From positions 1 through 64,000 of the IMG/VR virus record IMGVR_UViG_3300027985_001318: DNA of 64,000 nucleotides, one strand, 5' to 3'. Below the pieces are notes generated by a model. That model made no database searches and had not been told where the DNA came from. It saw only the letters and a list, made by a program, of their open reading frames with translations. Both the position numbers and the translations under genes were made by a program. The number at the start of each line of letters is the position of its first letter. Within the stretch, counting starts at the first letter, position 1. Positions 8,725 to 18,212 of this stretch are shown here, piece after piece.

Positions 8725-9631
8725 TAAAGATCTGAATATTTCTGTGTTTCGTCCGGTCTCAACAGCTCAGGTCTTAGAAAATCTGGTTGTTGGCGAGAGG
8801 GTTATTTCAGCCAAGATGATCGAGAGCGATCCATTTACCGATGGTGAGCAAAAAGAAATAGCCGAAGAGCTTGTATGTGATGGGATTGATGAGGAAGGTC
8901 AGAGTTACTCTCTATCAGTTACTGTGTCCAACAGCATCGAAGCAACTTGGCTGCCTCTAGGTAAGACTAACCACGTCGTAGCTCCAAACGTTCGTCGAGG
9001 GGAACGTGTCCAAATTTGGCAAGCGGGCGACGACGACCGTTATTACTGGACGGAGCTTGGCTTAGACAGAAATCTTCGTCGCGGCGAGACGGTAGTTTTG
9101 GCTTTCTCTAATCGTTTCGATAACGATGACTCAGAGCTTTCTTTGGAAGAGTGTTATTTCATCGAGGTCTCCACACACCTTCAACACATCCTGCTACAGA
9201 CCAGTAAAAGTAATGGCGAAGATTTTCTGTATCAGGTGCAGTTGAATACCAAGGACAGCTTCTTTGTTCTGAAAGATGATCAAGAGCAGCATTTCTTTTT
9301 TGATTCCAAGAATAAAATACTCCGCCTACATAACGCCGACGGTAGTTTTGTGGAATTGAATCGGAAGATTATTTCCATGTTTGCTAAAGACAGTATTAAT
9401 GCCGAAGCATTGAAACTGATCAACATGAAAGCCAAAACAGTAAATGTCAAGGCTGACGATTGCAATATCACAGCAGAAACAACCGTGGATGGTAACTGTA
9501 CTGTTACCAAGAAACTCACAGCTGCTACAGTTTCTGCTGGAAGCATCGCTGCCGGCGCTGGCGGTATCTCAAGCGGAGGTAACATAGAAAGCGATGGGGT
9601 TGTCAGAGCTAAAGACTTTGTCCGCACATAG
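8717..9631 (+). CDS. Baseplate central spike protein (gpV/phiKZ gp164-like)
   Basis: OB-fold-type ATWLP...PNVRRGERVQIW...YYW, then a beta-helix-like C-terminus (VNVKADDCNITAETTVDGNCTV); next to sbcC as in phiKZ. Start taken at ATG 8717. Confidence 0.7.
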   Translation: MNSKDLNISVFRPVSTAQVLENLVVGERVISAKMIESDPFTDGEQKEIAEELVCDGIDEEGQSYSLSVTVSNSIEATWLPLGKTNHVVAPNVRRGERVQIWQAGDDDRYYWTELGLDRNLRRGETVVLAFSNRFDNDDSELSLEECYFIEVSTHLQHILLQTSKSNGEDFLYQVQLNTKDSFFVLKDDQEQHFFFDSKNKILRLHNADGSFVELNRKIISMFAKDSINAEALKLINMKAKTVNVKADDCNITAETTVDGNCTVTKKLTAATVSAGSIAAGAGGISSGGNIESDGVVRAKDFVRT

Positions 9632-9634
9632 CCT

Positions 9635-9668
9635 AAAAAAGAAGGAGGGCGAAAGCCCTCCTCTTTTT
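9635..9668. terminator. Bidirectional intrinsic terminator
   Basis: A-run, AGGAGGGC-GAAA-GCCCTCCT, T-run, between convergent genes. Confidence 0.85.
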
Positions 9669-10284
9669 AAAGTATGCCGTTATTGCGAAGCAGTTGTTCG
9701 TAAACAGCCATCTGAGCCTGCAAGGCGGTGACTTGAGTTTGAAGCTTGATACACTGAGCCTTGTAGGTGGTCTGATTGGTAATCTTCGCCAACCGCGCTG
9801 TTTCAATGCGATCATGCTCTTCGCGATCTACCGATTTGGTAAGAGGGGCTTCGTGGATATTGATAACAGCATCAACTCCGATAGTATTAACTACCTGTTC
9901 GCCAAGCTCTTCCAGGAGCCATTCCAGATTCAGACTGTCGGGAATGGCTCCCAGTGAAATACTACACACAACATGACGATAGTTGTAATCGCCCATGTTT
10001 GGATAGCTTTCGATCTGGGTATCTGGAACGTAGATTACAGTACCATCTTCAGTGAATAACGAAACAATTGCTGCTCCAGCAGCACGATCTAACTCCATCT
10101 GCTCTGTAGTAGACCCTACCGGGTCATATACGAGAGAGAAGATATCTAACCCACGAATCTCTAGGTCAGCAAACAACCGCACTGCTTTACATTCGTATAC
10201 CTTAGTAGCGTCGGCTATCCACGGCTGAGTTAAACTGTAAGTGCCAACAGTACCTACTGGCGGTGTGCGACGAACTGTTGCCAT
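9667..10284 (-). CDS. Conserved phiKZ-like protein (probable virion protein)
   Basis: 205 aa; AGGAG SD; C-terminal coiled coil; downstream of the 480-aa structural gene. Confidence 0.6.
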   Translation of the reverse strand: MATVRRTPPVGTVGTYSLTQPWIADATKVYECKAVRLFADLEIRGLDIFSLVYDPVGSTTEQMELDRAAGAAIVSLFTEDGTVIYVPDTQIESYPNMGDYNYRHVVCSISLGAIPDSLNLEWLLEELGEQVVNTIGVDAVINIHEAPLTKSVDREEHDRIETARLAKITNQTTYKAQCIKLQTQVTALQAQMAVYEQLLRNNGIL

Positions 10285-10294
10285 CGGTCACTCC

Positions 10295-11737
10295 TTACAT
10301 GTTATCCAAAGCATTGTAGATATAGTCAGCAGAGTAAGTCTCCACCCAACGACCAGCTTCACGCAACCAGGTTCCGGCAGCATCTACGTCAGTTACACCA
10401 GTGCCGGCATCCCGCCCGAATTTAGTGAGTACCAGGTACTGGACCTTATCGTAAGAGAATGCCAGGTAGATCAGCCCGTTACGTTTCAGTCGGGAGAAGT
10501 CCTGGGGTACATCGCTGTACTCGGTGATAGTTTCAGCATGACGGATAGCGGCGGCGAATAGCAACATCCATTGCTGGGTAGAAGGAGAGATCCGGTTAAA
10601 ATCAACCTCCGTGCTCGACAGAGCCACGTAGTCTTCGAATTTCTCATAAAAGTCGTAAATACCGTCCCGGTTCCGGTTGCCACCGCAAACCACAAAACCA
10701 AGAGACATATACGAATGAGTAGCATACCGTAGATACGAAGTAAGATGAGTATCGGCATAGGTTGGCATCCCTTTCTTAGCTAAGTCCAAACCCTCACTAA
10801 CCTTGAGTGATGGCGAATAAATCCCGGCCTGAAGTGTTTTGTTCGGGATCGCATACTGATCCCAATTAGGGACTATCAGAAATTCCGTTGAAATAAAAAG
10901 ATCTGGAAGGATAGCCTCCCAATCTGCGCGACCATACTCGCTGTTAGCGAGGATATAGTCAACCAGCTCAGAACGAATCACGTCCGGGTTATTACCAGCC
11001 TCACCCCAGATCATCGCCGTCCAGGCAGATGGAGTAGTGAAAGTGGTGTCGGTCCGATCAACCCAGTCATATTCTTCCGCGGAGATGACGTTGTATGGAG
11101 TGTTAGGGGCTACTGTGGTGGCCAAGGTCTCGGCCAGCGACAGAGTCTTACTCAGACTACGAGACGACAGTAACGTGACCACGTCGTCGCGGGAACCGAA
11201 CAGACTGTCGAGGCTTTCTACTGGGATCAGGAAGGCAATATCGTAACCGCTGTACTGGAGACGAAAGCTTGCATCGGAAAACCAAATCTTTACTGGCAGG
11301 CCGGCGGCTAGTTCTCCGTCGATTGTTTCGATACGCGACCAACTAACCCACTCCGGCATAAAAGCACCTGAGTCTTGGAGGATATCGCCACAATTGATGT
11401 TGGTGATGGCGCTACCGTAAGCAGTAGTTAGTGCTGTCAGGAAAGTCTGGCGTTCAGAAGTAATGAAGCCTTGGAGAGATTCTTGGGAAATCCAGTAGGC
11501 GATTTCCAAGACGTGATTGGCGTCCTGTTGACTGTGAGGGTCAGCAACAGGATTGGTTGCTAAACCTCGGTTGCGAAAACTGATGAGTTCTACGCCGGGT
11601 TGCGCATCGTTCCGATATTTGCTAGACTCGATAGCGTAGGAGCGAGAGTCCTCTGAGATCTCGCCGAAAATAGCCACTTTGTCAGTGGTATTATCGACGT
11701 AATTGCCGAGTTGAATAAAACCATAGAGCGGAGTCAT
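10295..11737 (-). CDS. Virion structural protein (phiKZ gp157-like by synteny)
   Basis: 480 aa; AGAGGTG SD; FGEISEDSRSY and WEAILPDLF..TEF..VPNW motifs; position near RNase H. Confidence 0.65.
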   Translation of the reverse strand: MTPLYGFIQLGNYVDNTTDKVAIFGEISEDSRSYAIESSKYRNDAQPGVELISFRNRGLATNPVADPHSQQDANHVLEIAYWISQESLQGFITSERQTFLTALTTAYGSAITNINCGDILQDSGAFMPEWVSWSRIETIDGELAAGLPVKIWFSDASFRLQYSGYDIAFLIPVESLDSLFGSRDDVVTLLSSRSLSKTLSLAETLATTVAPNTPYNVISAEEYDWVDRTDTTFTTPSAWTAMIWGEAGNNPDVIRSELVDYILANSEYGRADWEAILPDLFISTEFLIVPNWDQYAIPNKTLQAGIYSPSLKVSEGLDLAKKGMPTYADTHLTSYLRYATHSYMSLGFVVCGGNRNRDGIYDFYEKFEDYVALSSTEVDFNRISPSTQQWMLLFAAAIRHAETITEYSDVPQDFSRLKRNGLIYLAFSYDKVQYLVLTKFGRDAGTGVTDVDAAGTWLREAGRWVETYSADYIYNALDNM

Positions 11738-11803
11738 CGCACACCTCTGGTAGTTTGTGAATGATTTAAAATATAGGTAAGTCCATAGAATCTGGAATAC
11801 TCT

Positions 11804-12382
11804 ATGACTAATTACATTATTGATACGGATGAGAGTATGTTGAACCTTTCTCTTTTTAAGATCATCCCACTCATCAAACCTTTCTTCAAAGAGATGTTTA
11901 TGGGCGGTTCTGTACCTACTGCAGGCAAGACCCGTAATCGTCTGCTTCCTGTCTTAGGTATTCTATCTATTATCGTAGCTATTAGCTTTGGTGCTCTGGT
12001 AATTAACTGGATATCTAGTTACGATAAAACCGAAGGACTGGAACTTCGTATCGATAAGCTAGAACAGCAACTTAACGAAAGTTCTCGCTTATTAGCTTTA
12101 CGTAACGAGGAAAGTCGTCAGTACATGGTTGAACGTCGCGAGCTCTTATTAGATAAAGAGCATCTGAGTTCTAAGTTGGTGGCTCTAGAAAGGGCCGGTA
12201 AAGAACTACTGGAAAATTATCAAGAAGCTTCCGAGCAACTTCGTGAAAAGGAAAGCAAGCTTTCCGGTTTACAAGTTAAATATCGCGAACTTGAGGAGCA
12301 GCTAGCTAAATCTAAACATCCTCCGGTTAAGAAAAAGAGAAGTCCCAATACGGCTTACGCTGATCTGCTAAAGGAAAATTAA
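11804..12382 (+). CDS. Putative inner-membrane spanin (i-spanin, Rz-like)
   Basis: One TM segment (LLPVLGILSIIVAISFGALVINWI) then a long coiled coil; directly upstream of a lipoprotein gene. True start may be downstream. Confidence 0.6.
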   Translation: MTNYIIDTDESMLNLSLFKIIPLIKPFFKEMFMGGSVPTAGKTRNRLLPVLGILSIIVAISFGALVINWISSYDKTEGLELRIDKLEQQLNESSRLLALRNEESRQYMVERRELLLDKEHLSSKLVALERAGKELLENYQEASEQLREKESKLSGLQVKYRELEEQLAKSKHPPVKKKRSPNTAYADLLKEN

Positions 12383-12383
12383 A

Positions 12384-12836
12384 ATGAAAAAGATTATCTT
12401 GTTTGTATTTGCGTGCCTGCTACTAGGTGGTTGTAGCCAGAGCTTCGTAAAGAGATCAGAAGCATTACCTCCACCTACAGTATCCGAGGGCGAGATTAAT
12501 GAAGAGTTCTACCAGGAGCTGGTAAGTTATAATGCGTACGTAGATGCCGAGTTAGCTTACGTAGCCACACGGTTACGTAAACCAGTAAAGGAGGAACTTC
12601 GCACAGCTACCGTTACTGAATCCATTGACGAACCAGGCTGTGAGATGGTCTTTGAACTCCCGGAAGAAAAACCGATGCCGAAGATACCGGTAGTCGATCC
12701 TAATGATCCCGACGCTATTGCAAGCGCTTTGGCGCATTATATCACTGAGATCAGGAAACATCGACGGGACTATCAGAGTCAATTGCAAGATAACTATCGA
12801 CGTTACCGCAGCGGTTGTCGGTCTAAGAAAACGTAA
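12384..12836 (+). CDS. Putative outer-membrane lipoprotein spanin (o-spanin, Rz1-like)
   Basis: Signal peptide II MKKIILFVFACLLLGG-C; Pro-rich segments; additional Cys residues. Confidence 0.65.
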   Translation: MKKIILFVFACLLLGGCSQSFVKRSEALPPPTVSEGEINEEFYQELVSYNAYVDAELAYVATRLRKPVKEELRTATVTESIDEPGCEMVFELPEEKPMPKIPVVDPNDPDAIASALAHYITEIRKHRRDYQSQLQDNYRRYRSGCRSKKT

Positions 12837-12875
12837 GATAGTTTTTTATAGGTACTTTGACAGGACAGTTAACAA

Positions 12876-14396
12876 ATGACCGAGATTATCAAGAACAAAC
12901 ACATGGTGGCATATCCGGACGGCGGATGTCGAGGTAATGAGCGTAGCGCAGGTAGCGGAGCTCATTGTTTTATCTGGGAAGATGAAGACGAACCGGTTTC
13001 TATCAAGGACGGCAAAAATCTTCGCAAAGGGCTACCGACTAGCCACGGTTATATCGATGACAATAACTTAGGTTTTCTCGAACAATCCGACGCCTTGGTA
13101 GTGACTCCAGTTACCTTCATCGATTACCATCACGGACTGCCGTTCTCCACCAATAACATCGCTGAACTTGAAGGGGCTATTTTCTCACTCACTAAAGCTC
13201 TTGAGCTTAAAGTGAAGTCCTTTGTGATGATCCCCGACTCCGAGTATGTTATTAATGGGGCCACTAAATGGCTACCTGGTTGGATCAAGAACAATTGGGT
13301 TAGTGGTTCTGGAGCCCCGGTGAAAAACCAAGAGCTTTGGATACAAGTAGCCGATCTAATCAAACAGTTACGCGATAACGGTACTACCATTACCATTTTC
13401 TGGGTAAATGGTCATTCTGGTAATTTGGGTAACGACGAAGCTGACCGCCTGGCCACTAAGGGTGTGATACTTGCTTCCAAGGGCCTTGAAGAGAAGATGG
13501 TAGAAGAAAAGCCAGCTCGAGGCTATTGGAATTACAAGGCCCCTTATAACCGGATGTTCTTCCAGCCACATTGGTACTTCGCCACTCAAACCAACCGTAG
13601 TGCTCGTACTCCAGATGGTCGATCCATCTACTACGCCGGACATCACTCGAAAGAAGATGACTTTTTCATGAAGCGTAGTTCCGATGCTTACGTATCGGTC
13701 CTGTTTTTGAAAGACCCCGAACCGGTATTGGATACTATTGCCGCCTACCAGGAAGCAGCCGAGGTTGGTAATTATGGGGCCGTTTATATTGGCTATCTCA
13801 ACAACATTTTCAACTCTCGGACTTACAGCGAGATGTCGGATACTAAGGATCTGTATCTGACTGCCAGCGAGCCCAAAAAGAACATTTCCTACATCGATTC
13901 TATGTTGACTAGAGCAATGCGTCCAGCCTTGATGTCATGGTGTGCCGATACTGCATTCAGTTCCCTGCAGGGAATTCTGAACGAAGTTGAAGTCGGCCTG
14001 GCCAACGGCAATGAAGCGCCAGTAGTTCACGAAGATGGTCGTTATGAGGTCTGTATTACTGATCTCACTGACGCTATTTTTGAAGTCGACAGTAGCAAGA
14101 AAAAGGAGGTGTATAAACTCAAGCCAGATATTAGTCAAATCACGAAATCCATTAACGTGGAACTGGACCATAACGTAACAGGTAAGTTGGAGAAAACCAA
14201 GGTGATTCTCACTTTGGGTCTCGATATGCCGAACAGGAATTCTCTGTCGGCTATTGCTGGGCCTGATGCGCGCTTTTATGGCGTGACGTGGCGTGAGTCT
14301 AGTCACGGTTTCCGTTATGCAACTGTTGTACGAGCAGCTGGTGATACTTGCATTACAGCAGCTATGTACGCCAACTTAATCGCAATCGCTAAATAA
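12876..14396 (+). CDS. rnhA: Ribonuclease HI with C-terminal extension (phiKZ gp155-like)
   Basis: YPDGGCRG, STNNIAELEGA, DSEYV, WIKNNW..PVKNQELW, WVNGHSGNLGNDEADRLA. Confidence 0.92.
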   Translation: MTEIIKNKHMVAYPDGGCRGNERSAGSGAHCFIWEDEDEPVSIKDGKNLRKGLPTSHGYIDDNNLGFLEQSDALVVTPVTFIDYHHGLPFSTNNIAELEGAIFSLTKALELKVKSFVMIPDSEYVINGATKWLPGWIKNNWVSGSGAPVKNQELWIQVADLIKQLRDNGTTITIFWVNGHSGNLGNDEADRLATKGVILASKGLEEKMVEEKPARGYWNYKAPYNRMFFQPHWYFATQTNRSARTPDGRSIYYAGHHSKEDDFFMKRSSDAYVSVLFLKDPEPVLDTIAAYQEAAEVGNYGAVYIGYLNNIFNSRTYSEMSDTKDLYLTASEPKKNISYIDSMLTRAMRPALMSWCADTAFSSLQGILNEVEVGLANGNEAPVVHEDGRYEVCITDLTDAIFEVDSSKKKEVYKLKPDISQITKSINVELDHNVTGKLEKTKVILTLGLDMPNRNSLSAIAGPDARFYGVTWRESSHGFRYATVVRAAGDTCITAAMYANLIAIAK

Positions 14397-14409
14397 GCTG
14401 GGTGTTAAG

Positions 14410-14784
14410 ATGTCAGTATTTGAAACCGGTATTGTGACGGCGATGATGAACCGCATGCCTGCCAGAACCAAACGTTCGATTTTTATCACTTCCCTTTACA
14501 TGGAATGTTGTGAGAAACCGAATCTGGATGAGCTGAACAACTCTCTGTCTCTGGTTAAGGATATCGCAGCCTTGGATCTTCCGGCCTTTTTACATCGCTG
14601 GATTTGGAGACGAGGTAACGTAGCGGTGGCCGCACTTAAGACCGAACTGGGGGCGTCTCGGCGAGAAAATACAAACCGAGAACCTTTAGTTCGTGCAGCT
14701 CCGGCCTGGATGGTTTATGCGAGTCAGCAAGAAATGGCTCGTGACATCGATAAACTTCTTTCCATAATCCGGAATGGTCGTTAG
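14410..14784 (+). CDS. Hypothetical protein
   Basis: 124-aa ORF between RNase H and a terminator. Confidence 0.65.
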   Translation: MSVFETGIVTAMMNRMPARTKRSIFITSLYMECCEKPNLDELNNSLSLVKDIAALDLPAFLHRWIWRRGNVAVAALKTELGASRRENTNREPLVRAAPAWMVYASQQEMARDIDKLLSIIRNGR

Positions 14785-14792
14785 GTCGTTTG

Positions 14793-14826
14793 AAAAAAAT
14801 AAGAGAGGGCAATGCCCTCTCTTATT
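14793..14826. terminator. Bidirectional intrinsic terminator
   Basis: AATAAGAGAGGGC-AAT-GCCCTCTCTTATT between convergent genes. Confidence 0.8.
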
Positions 14827-14834
14827 CGGTTTTC

Positions 14835-16115
14835 TTACTTAACGTTTTTCGCGAACTTGGTCAGTTTAGTAGCAGAGTCGTCGATCGCCACCATCAAGGT
14901 ACGGAGTACGTTGGTGAAAGCTGCATAAAACTCAACCAACTGAGCGGCGTGGAAGCACCAGTCAGCCAGAACTTCAAGGTTCTGCTTACTAGCGATCTCT
15001 TCGCCATTCATAGTGGAACGATAGATGTTGTCAAGATTGGCAGTGACGCCATCTACCATGGCTTTAACTGACTTAGGAGGGCAGCTGTCGTACAAGTCCA
15101 GGAGCTTGTCACAACCGGTCTTGATTTCAGACCAGTCAGTGTTTCGTTCAACCATCAGACTGTAAGGTACGTTGGTGGTAGAAGAGTTCCCGAAACACTT
15201 GGCTAGATTGCTCTTCATTTTGCCGATATCGACACTGGGGGTTCCCAATACCTTACGCGCTCCGGAGAGGGCCTGTGGATTGTTTACCAGATAACCGATA
15301 GCCGAGATAAACGCTTTGAGGTCCGTCTCGATCGAATCGATCGAGTTCTTACCTACCAGCTGGAGGGTGTCCAACAGATTCAGGTAAGGTACAGTTTGAC
15401 CGGGAGCGCAATACACGCCGAAATCCACCAGCAGACTGTAAGGCACGTTTTGGATATTACCGGCCAGCTTCCGTACCTTGATTCCGTCATAGTTAAAGTT
15501 CTTGACTCGAACTATGTTGTTGGAATAAGCACTGAAAGCGTTGGTTACTTGCTGAAACTTGGACTTTACCGCCAACATAAAACCCTGAACGGTAGTATCG
15601 ATGGCTCTGAATTCCAAAGCGAGCTCGTGAATCCTGTCCGGATCTACGTCGTAACCGAGAAGATTGTTTTCATCTACTCTCAGGTTATTTTCGGCCAGGT
15701 ACTGTTTGGCTCTGGCCTCGATTTCATCTTCCGTACAGAATGCTTCAGAAGAGACCTCGACGTCTTGCCATTGCGGGTTGTAAATATCGCGAAGGAAATT
15801 ATCCAGATCAGTACCGGTCTTCATTGGCTCGCAGAGATTTTCTTTGAGCAGGAAACTTTCTTTCTCAACTATTGCCATCGCCGAACGAATATCGCCACCA
15901 AAGCAGTCCACCCAACCAGTATGAGACTCGTCGTCTCTCCAGCGGCGGGTTTGGATTACACTGGAGCCATCTGAGAAAACCACCTTAAGGCGCTGCACGC
16001 CTTCCTCGTAGTTTTGTTCAGAAAGTTCAACTACATCTTCGATCGTTTTGGTGTCTTTCAAGGTGTTCACCCAATCGTAAGAAGTAAGAGATTGAAGTGA
16101 AGTTTCTGTCGTCAT
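14835..16115 (-). CDS. Head/virion structural protein (phiKZ gp153-like by synteny)
   Basis: Start reassigned to ATG 16115 (GGAG SD; removes the overlap with uvsX); 426 aa; VSSE and LALE candidate processing sites. Confidence 0.65.
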   Translation of the reverse strand: MTTETSLQSLTSYDWVNTLKDTKTIEDVVELSEQNYEEGVQRLKVVFSDGSSVIQTRRWRDDESHTGWVDCFGGDIRSAMAIVEKESFLLKENLCEPMKTGTDLDNFLRDIYNPQWQDVEVSSEAFCTEDEIEARAKQYLAENNLRVDENNLLGYDVDPDRIHELALEFRAIDTTVQGFMLAVKSKFQQVTNAFSAYSNNIVRVKNFNYDGIKVRKLAGNIQNVPYSLLVDFGVYCAPGQTVPYLNLLDTLQLVGKNSIDSIETDLKAFISAIGYLVNNPQALSGARKVLGTPSVDIGKMKSNLAKCFGNSSTTNVPYSLMVERNTDWSEIKTGCDKLLDLYDSCPPKSVKAMVDGVTANLDNIYRSTMNGEEIASKQNLEVLADWCFHAAQLVEFYAAFTNVLRTLMVAIDDSATKLTKFAKNVK

Positions 16116-16260
16116 AATGGTTCTCCAGAGGCGGTAACAGCGGTAATCAGAGTCATAGCATGTACATCGGTGAAAATAAACAGTTGCTGCTGATGGTATG
16201 CGTACTAGATCCGTTTTGTACAAAATATTTTTCAGAAACCATTTGTAATGGGAGTCTAAG

Positions 16261-17766
16261 ATGTTTGACAAGTTTCCACGGGCGCCGAGTATGCGTCCAT
16301 TTTTGAACATAGGTTTTCCTTTTGATATCCAGACCGGCAAGTACTACACGGGTAAAGATGGCGAGAGTATCTTGAATGGTGGCTTGCAGCATGTTACTGG
16401 AATTGGTGGTGGCGGTAACCTCTACAAGTCCACCGTACTGCACTACATGCATCTGATTGCCCTGGAGCGTTACGGTGCGGCTTGTGGGATGGTCTACGAT
16501 ACCGAGCCGCCTAGCTGTAACTATCCGCGTTTTGAACAACTCTCCAAACGCATGCTGCGACTCACTGAGGGTAGTTTGCGCGATCGACTACTGCTGACCG
16601 ACTCCACAGTAATCGTCGGTAACAAGTGGTTTAAGCAGTTAAAAGAAGCGATCGACTTCAAGCTGAAGTCAGGCAAAGACGGTTATGCTGAAACTCCCTT
16701 CTTGGATGAAAAGGGCAATAAGATCAAAACTCTGTTGCCCAATCTGATCTCTATCGACTCGATGAGTATGTTCACTTCTGACAACGTACAGGACATCCTC
16801 GATGAGAACGAAATCGGGGCTTCTGGTGCCAACATTGAAGCTATGCGTGGCCAGGGCGCTAAGACTCAGATGTTGGTGCAGCTACCCGACATGGCTACTG
16901 GTTCCAATACGTTTATCATGATGACCGCGCACGCCGGTAAGCAATACCAGATGGATCCTCGGACCCCGCTGCAGAAACAACTTACGTTCCTGAAGCAGGA
17001 CGTTAAGTTCAAGAACGTACCTGAGAAGTTTTTGTTCCTGACTAACAACCTTTGGTACGCGGTAGCGGCTTCTCCGATGATTAACCGCACTACTAAGGCG
17101 CCTGAGTATCCTCGCAACAGCAATGACGATCTCTCCGGCAATACCGACCTGATGCTCGTTACGTTCTCTAACCTGCGGGCTAAGAATGGTCCTTCCGGTA
17201 TGCCTTTCGAACTGATCATTTCTCAATCGGAAGGCTATCTGCGCGAACTCAGCGCTCTGCACTATCTGAAGAACAGTGATCGTTTTGGTTTGGGTGGTCA
17301 CGACCGCGCCTATTTCTGTCATCTGCGTCCAGATGTTTCTCTCCAACGCACCACCGTGCGTAGCAAAATCGACGGGGATGCTAAGCTGGGGCGTGCTATC
17401 GAAATCTGCGCAGAACTCTGTCAGATTACCAACCTCTGGCTCGACACGCCAGCCAGTGTTCTTTGTACCCCTGAAGAACTCTACCGCGACATCGCTGCGA
17501 TGGGCTATGATTGGGAAGAGTTGTTGGACACGCGTGGTTTCTGGGTTTACGAGAACGACAAACATCCGCAGAATTTCCTTTCCACTAAGGACTTGCTGAT
17601 GATGCGTGTTGGTAAATACCAGCCGAAATGGGCTACGCGCAAAGCTTCAGTCAGTCCATCGACTGTTACCAAGGAAGAAGTTGGGGTGGATTCAACGACT
17701 AACGTGGTAGAGCTTAAACCGAAACATCTGGTTAAGGCTTCTTTGGGCGAAGCTACTGCCGCCTAA
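16261..17766 (+). CDS. uvsX: UvsX/RecA-like recombinase (phiKZ gp152-like)
   Basis: P-loop GGGGNLYKST, YDTE, Walker B ISIDS, MTAH, RAKNGPSG. Confidence 0.85.
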   Translation: MFDKFPRAPSMRPFLNIGFPFDIQTGKYYTGKDGESILNGGLQHVTGIGGGGNLYKSTVLHYMHLIALERYGAACGMVYDTEPPSCNYPRFEQLSKRMLRLTEGSLRDRLLLTDSTVIVGNKWFKQLKEAIDFKLKSGKDGYAETPFLDEKGNKIKTLLPNLISIDSMSMFTSDNVQDILDENEIGASGANIEAMRGQGAKTQMLVQLPDMATGSNTFIMMTAHAGKQYQMDPRTPLQKQLTFLKQDVKFKNVPEKFLFLTNNLWYAVAASPMINRTTKAPEYPRNSNDDLSGNTDLMLVTFSNLRAKNGPSGMPFELIISQSEGYLRELSALHYLKNSDRFGLGGHDRAYFCHLRPDVSLQRTTVRSKIDGDAKLGRAIEICAELCQITNLWLDTPASVLCTPEELYRDIAAMGYDWEELLDTRGFWVYENDKHPQNFLSTKDLLMMRVGKYQPKWATRKASVSPSTVTKEEVGVDSTTNVVELKPKHLVKASLGEATAA

Positions 17767-17775
17767 TTAAACAGT

Positions 17776-17799
17776 TAGGGAGAGCTTCGGCTCTCCCTA
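17776..17799 (+). other. Stable UUCG hairpin abutting the next SD
   Basis: TAGGGAGAGC-TTCG-GCTCTCCCTA then GGAGG; no U-tract. Confidence 0.6.
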
Positions 17800-17809
17800 G
17801 GAGGGTTTT

Positions 17810-18208
17810 ATGACTTTGGTAAAAATAGATCTCTGCGAACGCGTTATTTCTGATAAAGCTTTAGAAGAAATCAAGGAACGTAAGGTAGTCTATGGCGAAG
17901 ATCAAGATCTACTACGTCAAGACCTGGATCTTTGCGCGACTCCAGAAGAACGCTATAAACGGTTTTGTTTAGTGAATCCCGATAAGATCAGTTTTGTCGC
18001 TGATAACTTCGAGATCGATCAGAACGGTAGTCTCACTGCAGATATTCGTCCTCTTGATCCTGATGTAAACAATTTGTTAGATAAAGGACATTTTGGGATC
18101 CGTGCGCTGGTTTCTAATGTACCCAACGCCAATGGTGAAATTATTCCATCCATCGATAAAGTAATCTCTATCGATTGGATATCGAATACTGTTTCCCTGC
18201 CGGAATAA
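17810..18208 (+). CDS. Degenerate paralog of the prohead protease
   Basis: Collinear similarity to 42031-42819: YGE/RGE, DKISF/DCVSH, LTADIRP/IIADVKP, FGIRAL/FSIRSL, KVISIDWI/TIITWDYV. Confidence 0.6.
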   Translation: MTLVKIDLCERVISDKALEEIKERKVVYGEDQDLLRQDLDLCATPEERYKRFCLVNPDKISFVADNFEIDQNGSLTADIRPLDPDVNNLLDKGHFGIRALVSNVPNANGEIIPSIDKVISIDWISNTVSLPE

Positions 18209-18212
18209 ATCC

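Noticed and set aside
16116-16340. 75-aa N-terminal extension of the 14835 ORF overlapping uvsX
   Set aside because: ATG 16115 has a good SD, and the extension crosses the divergent intergenic region.
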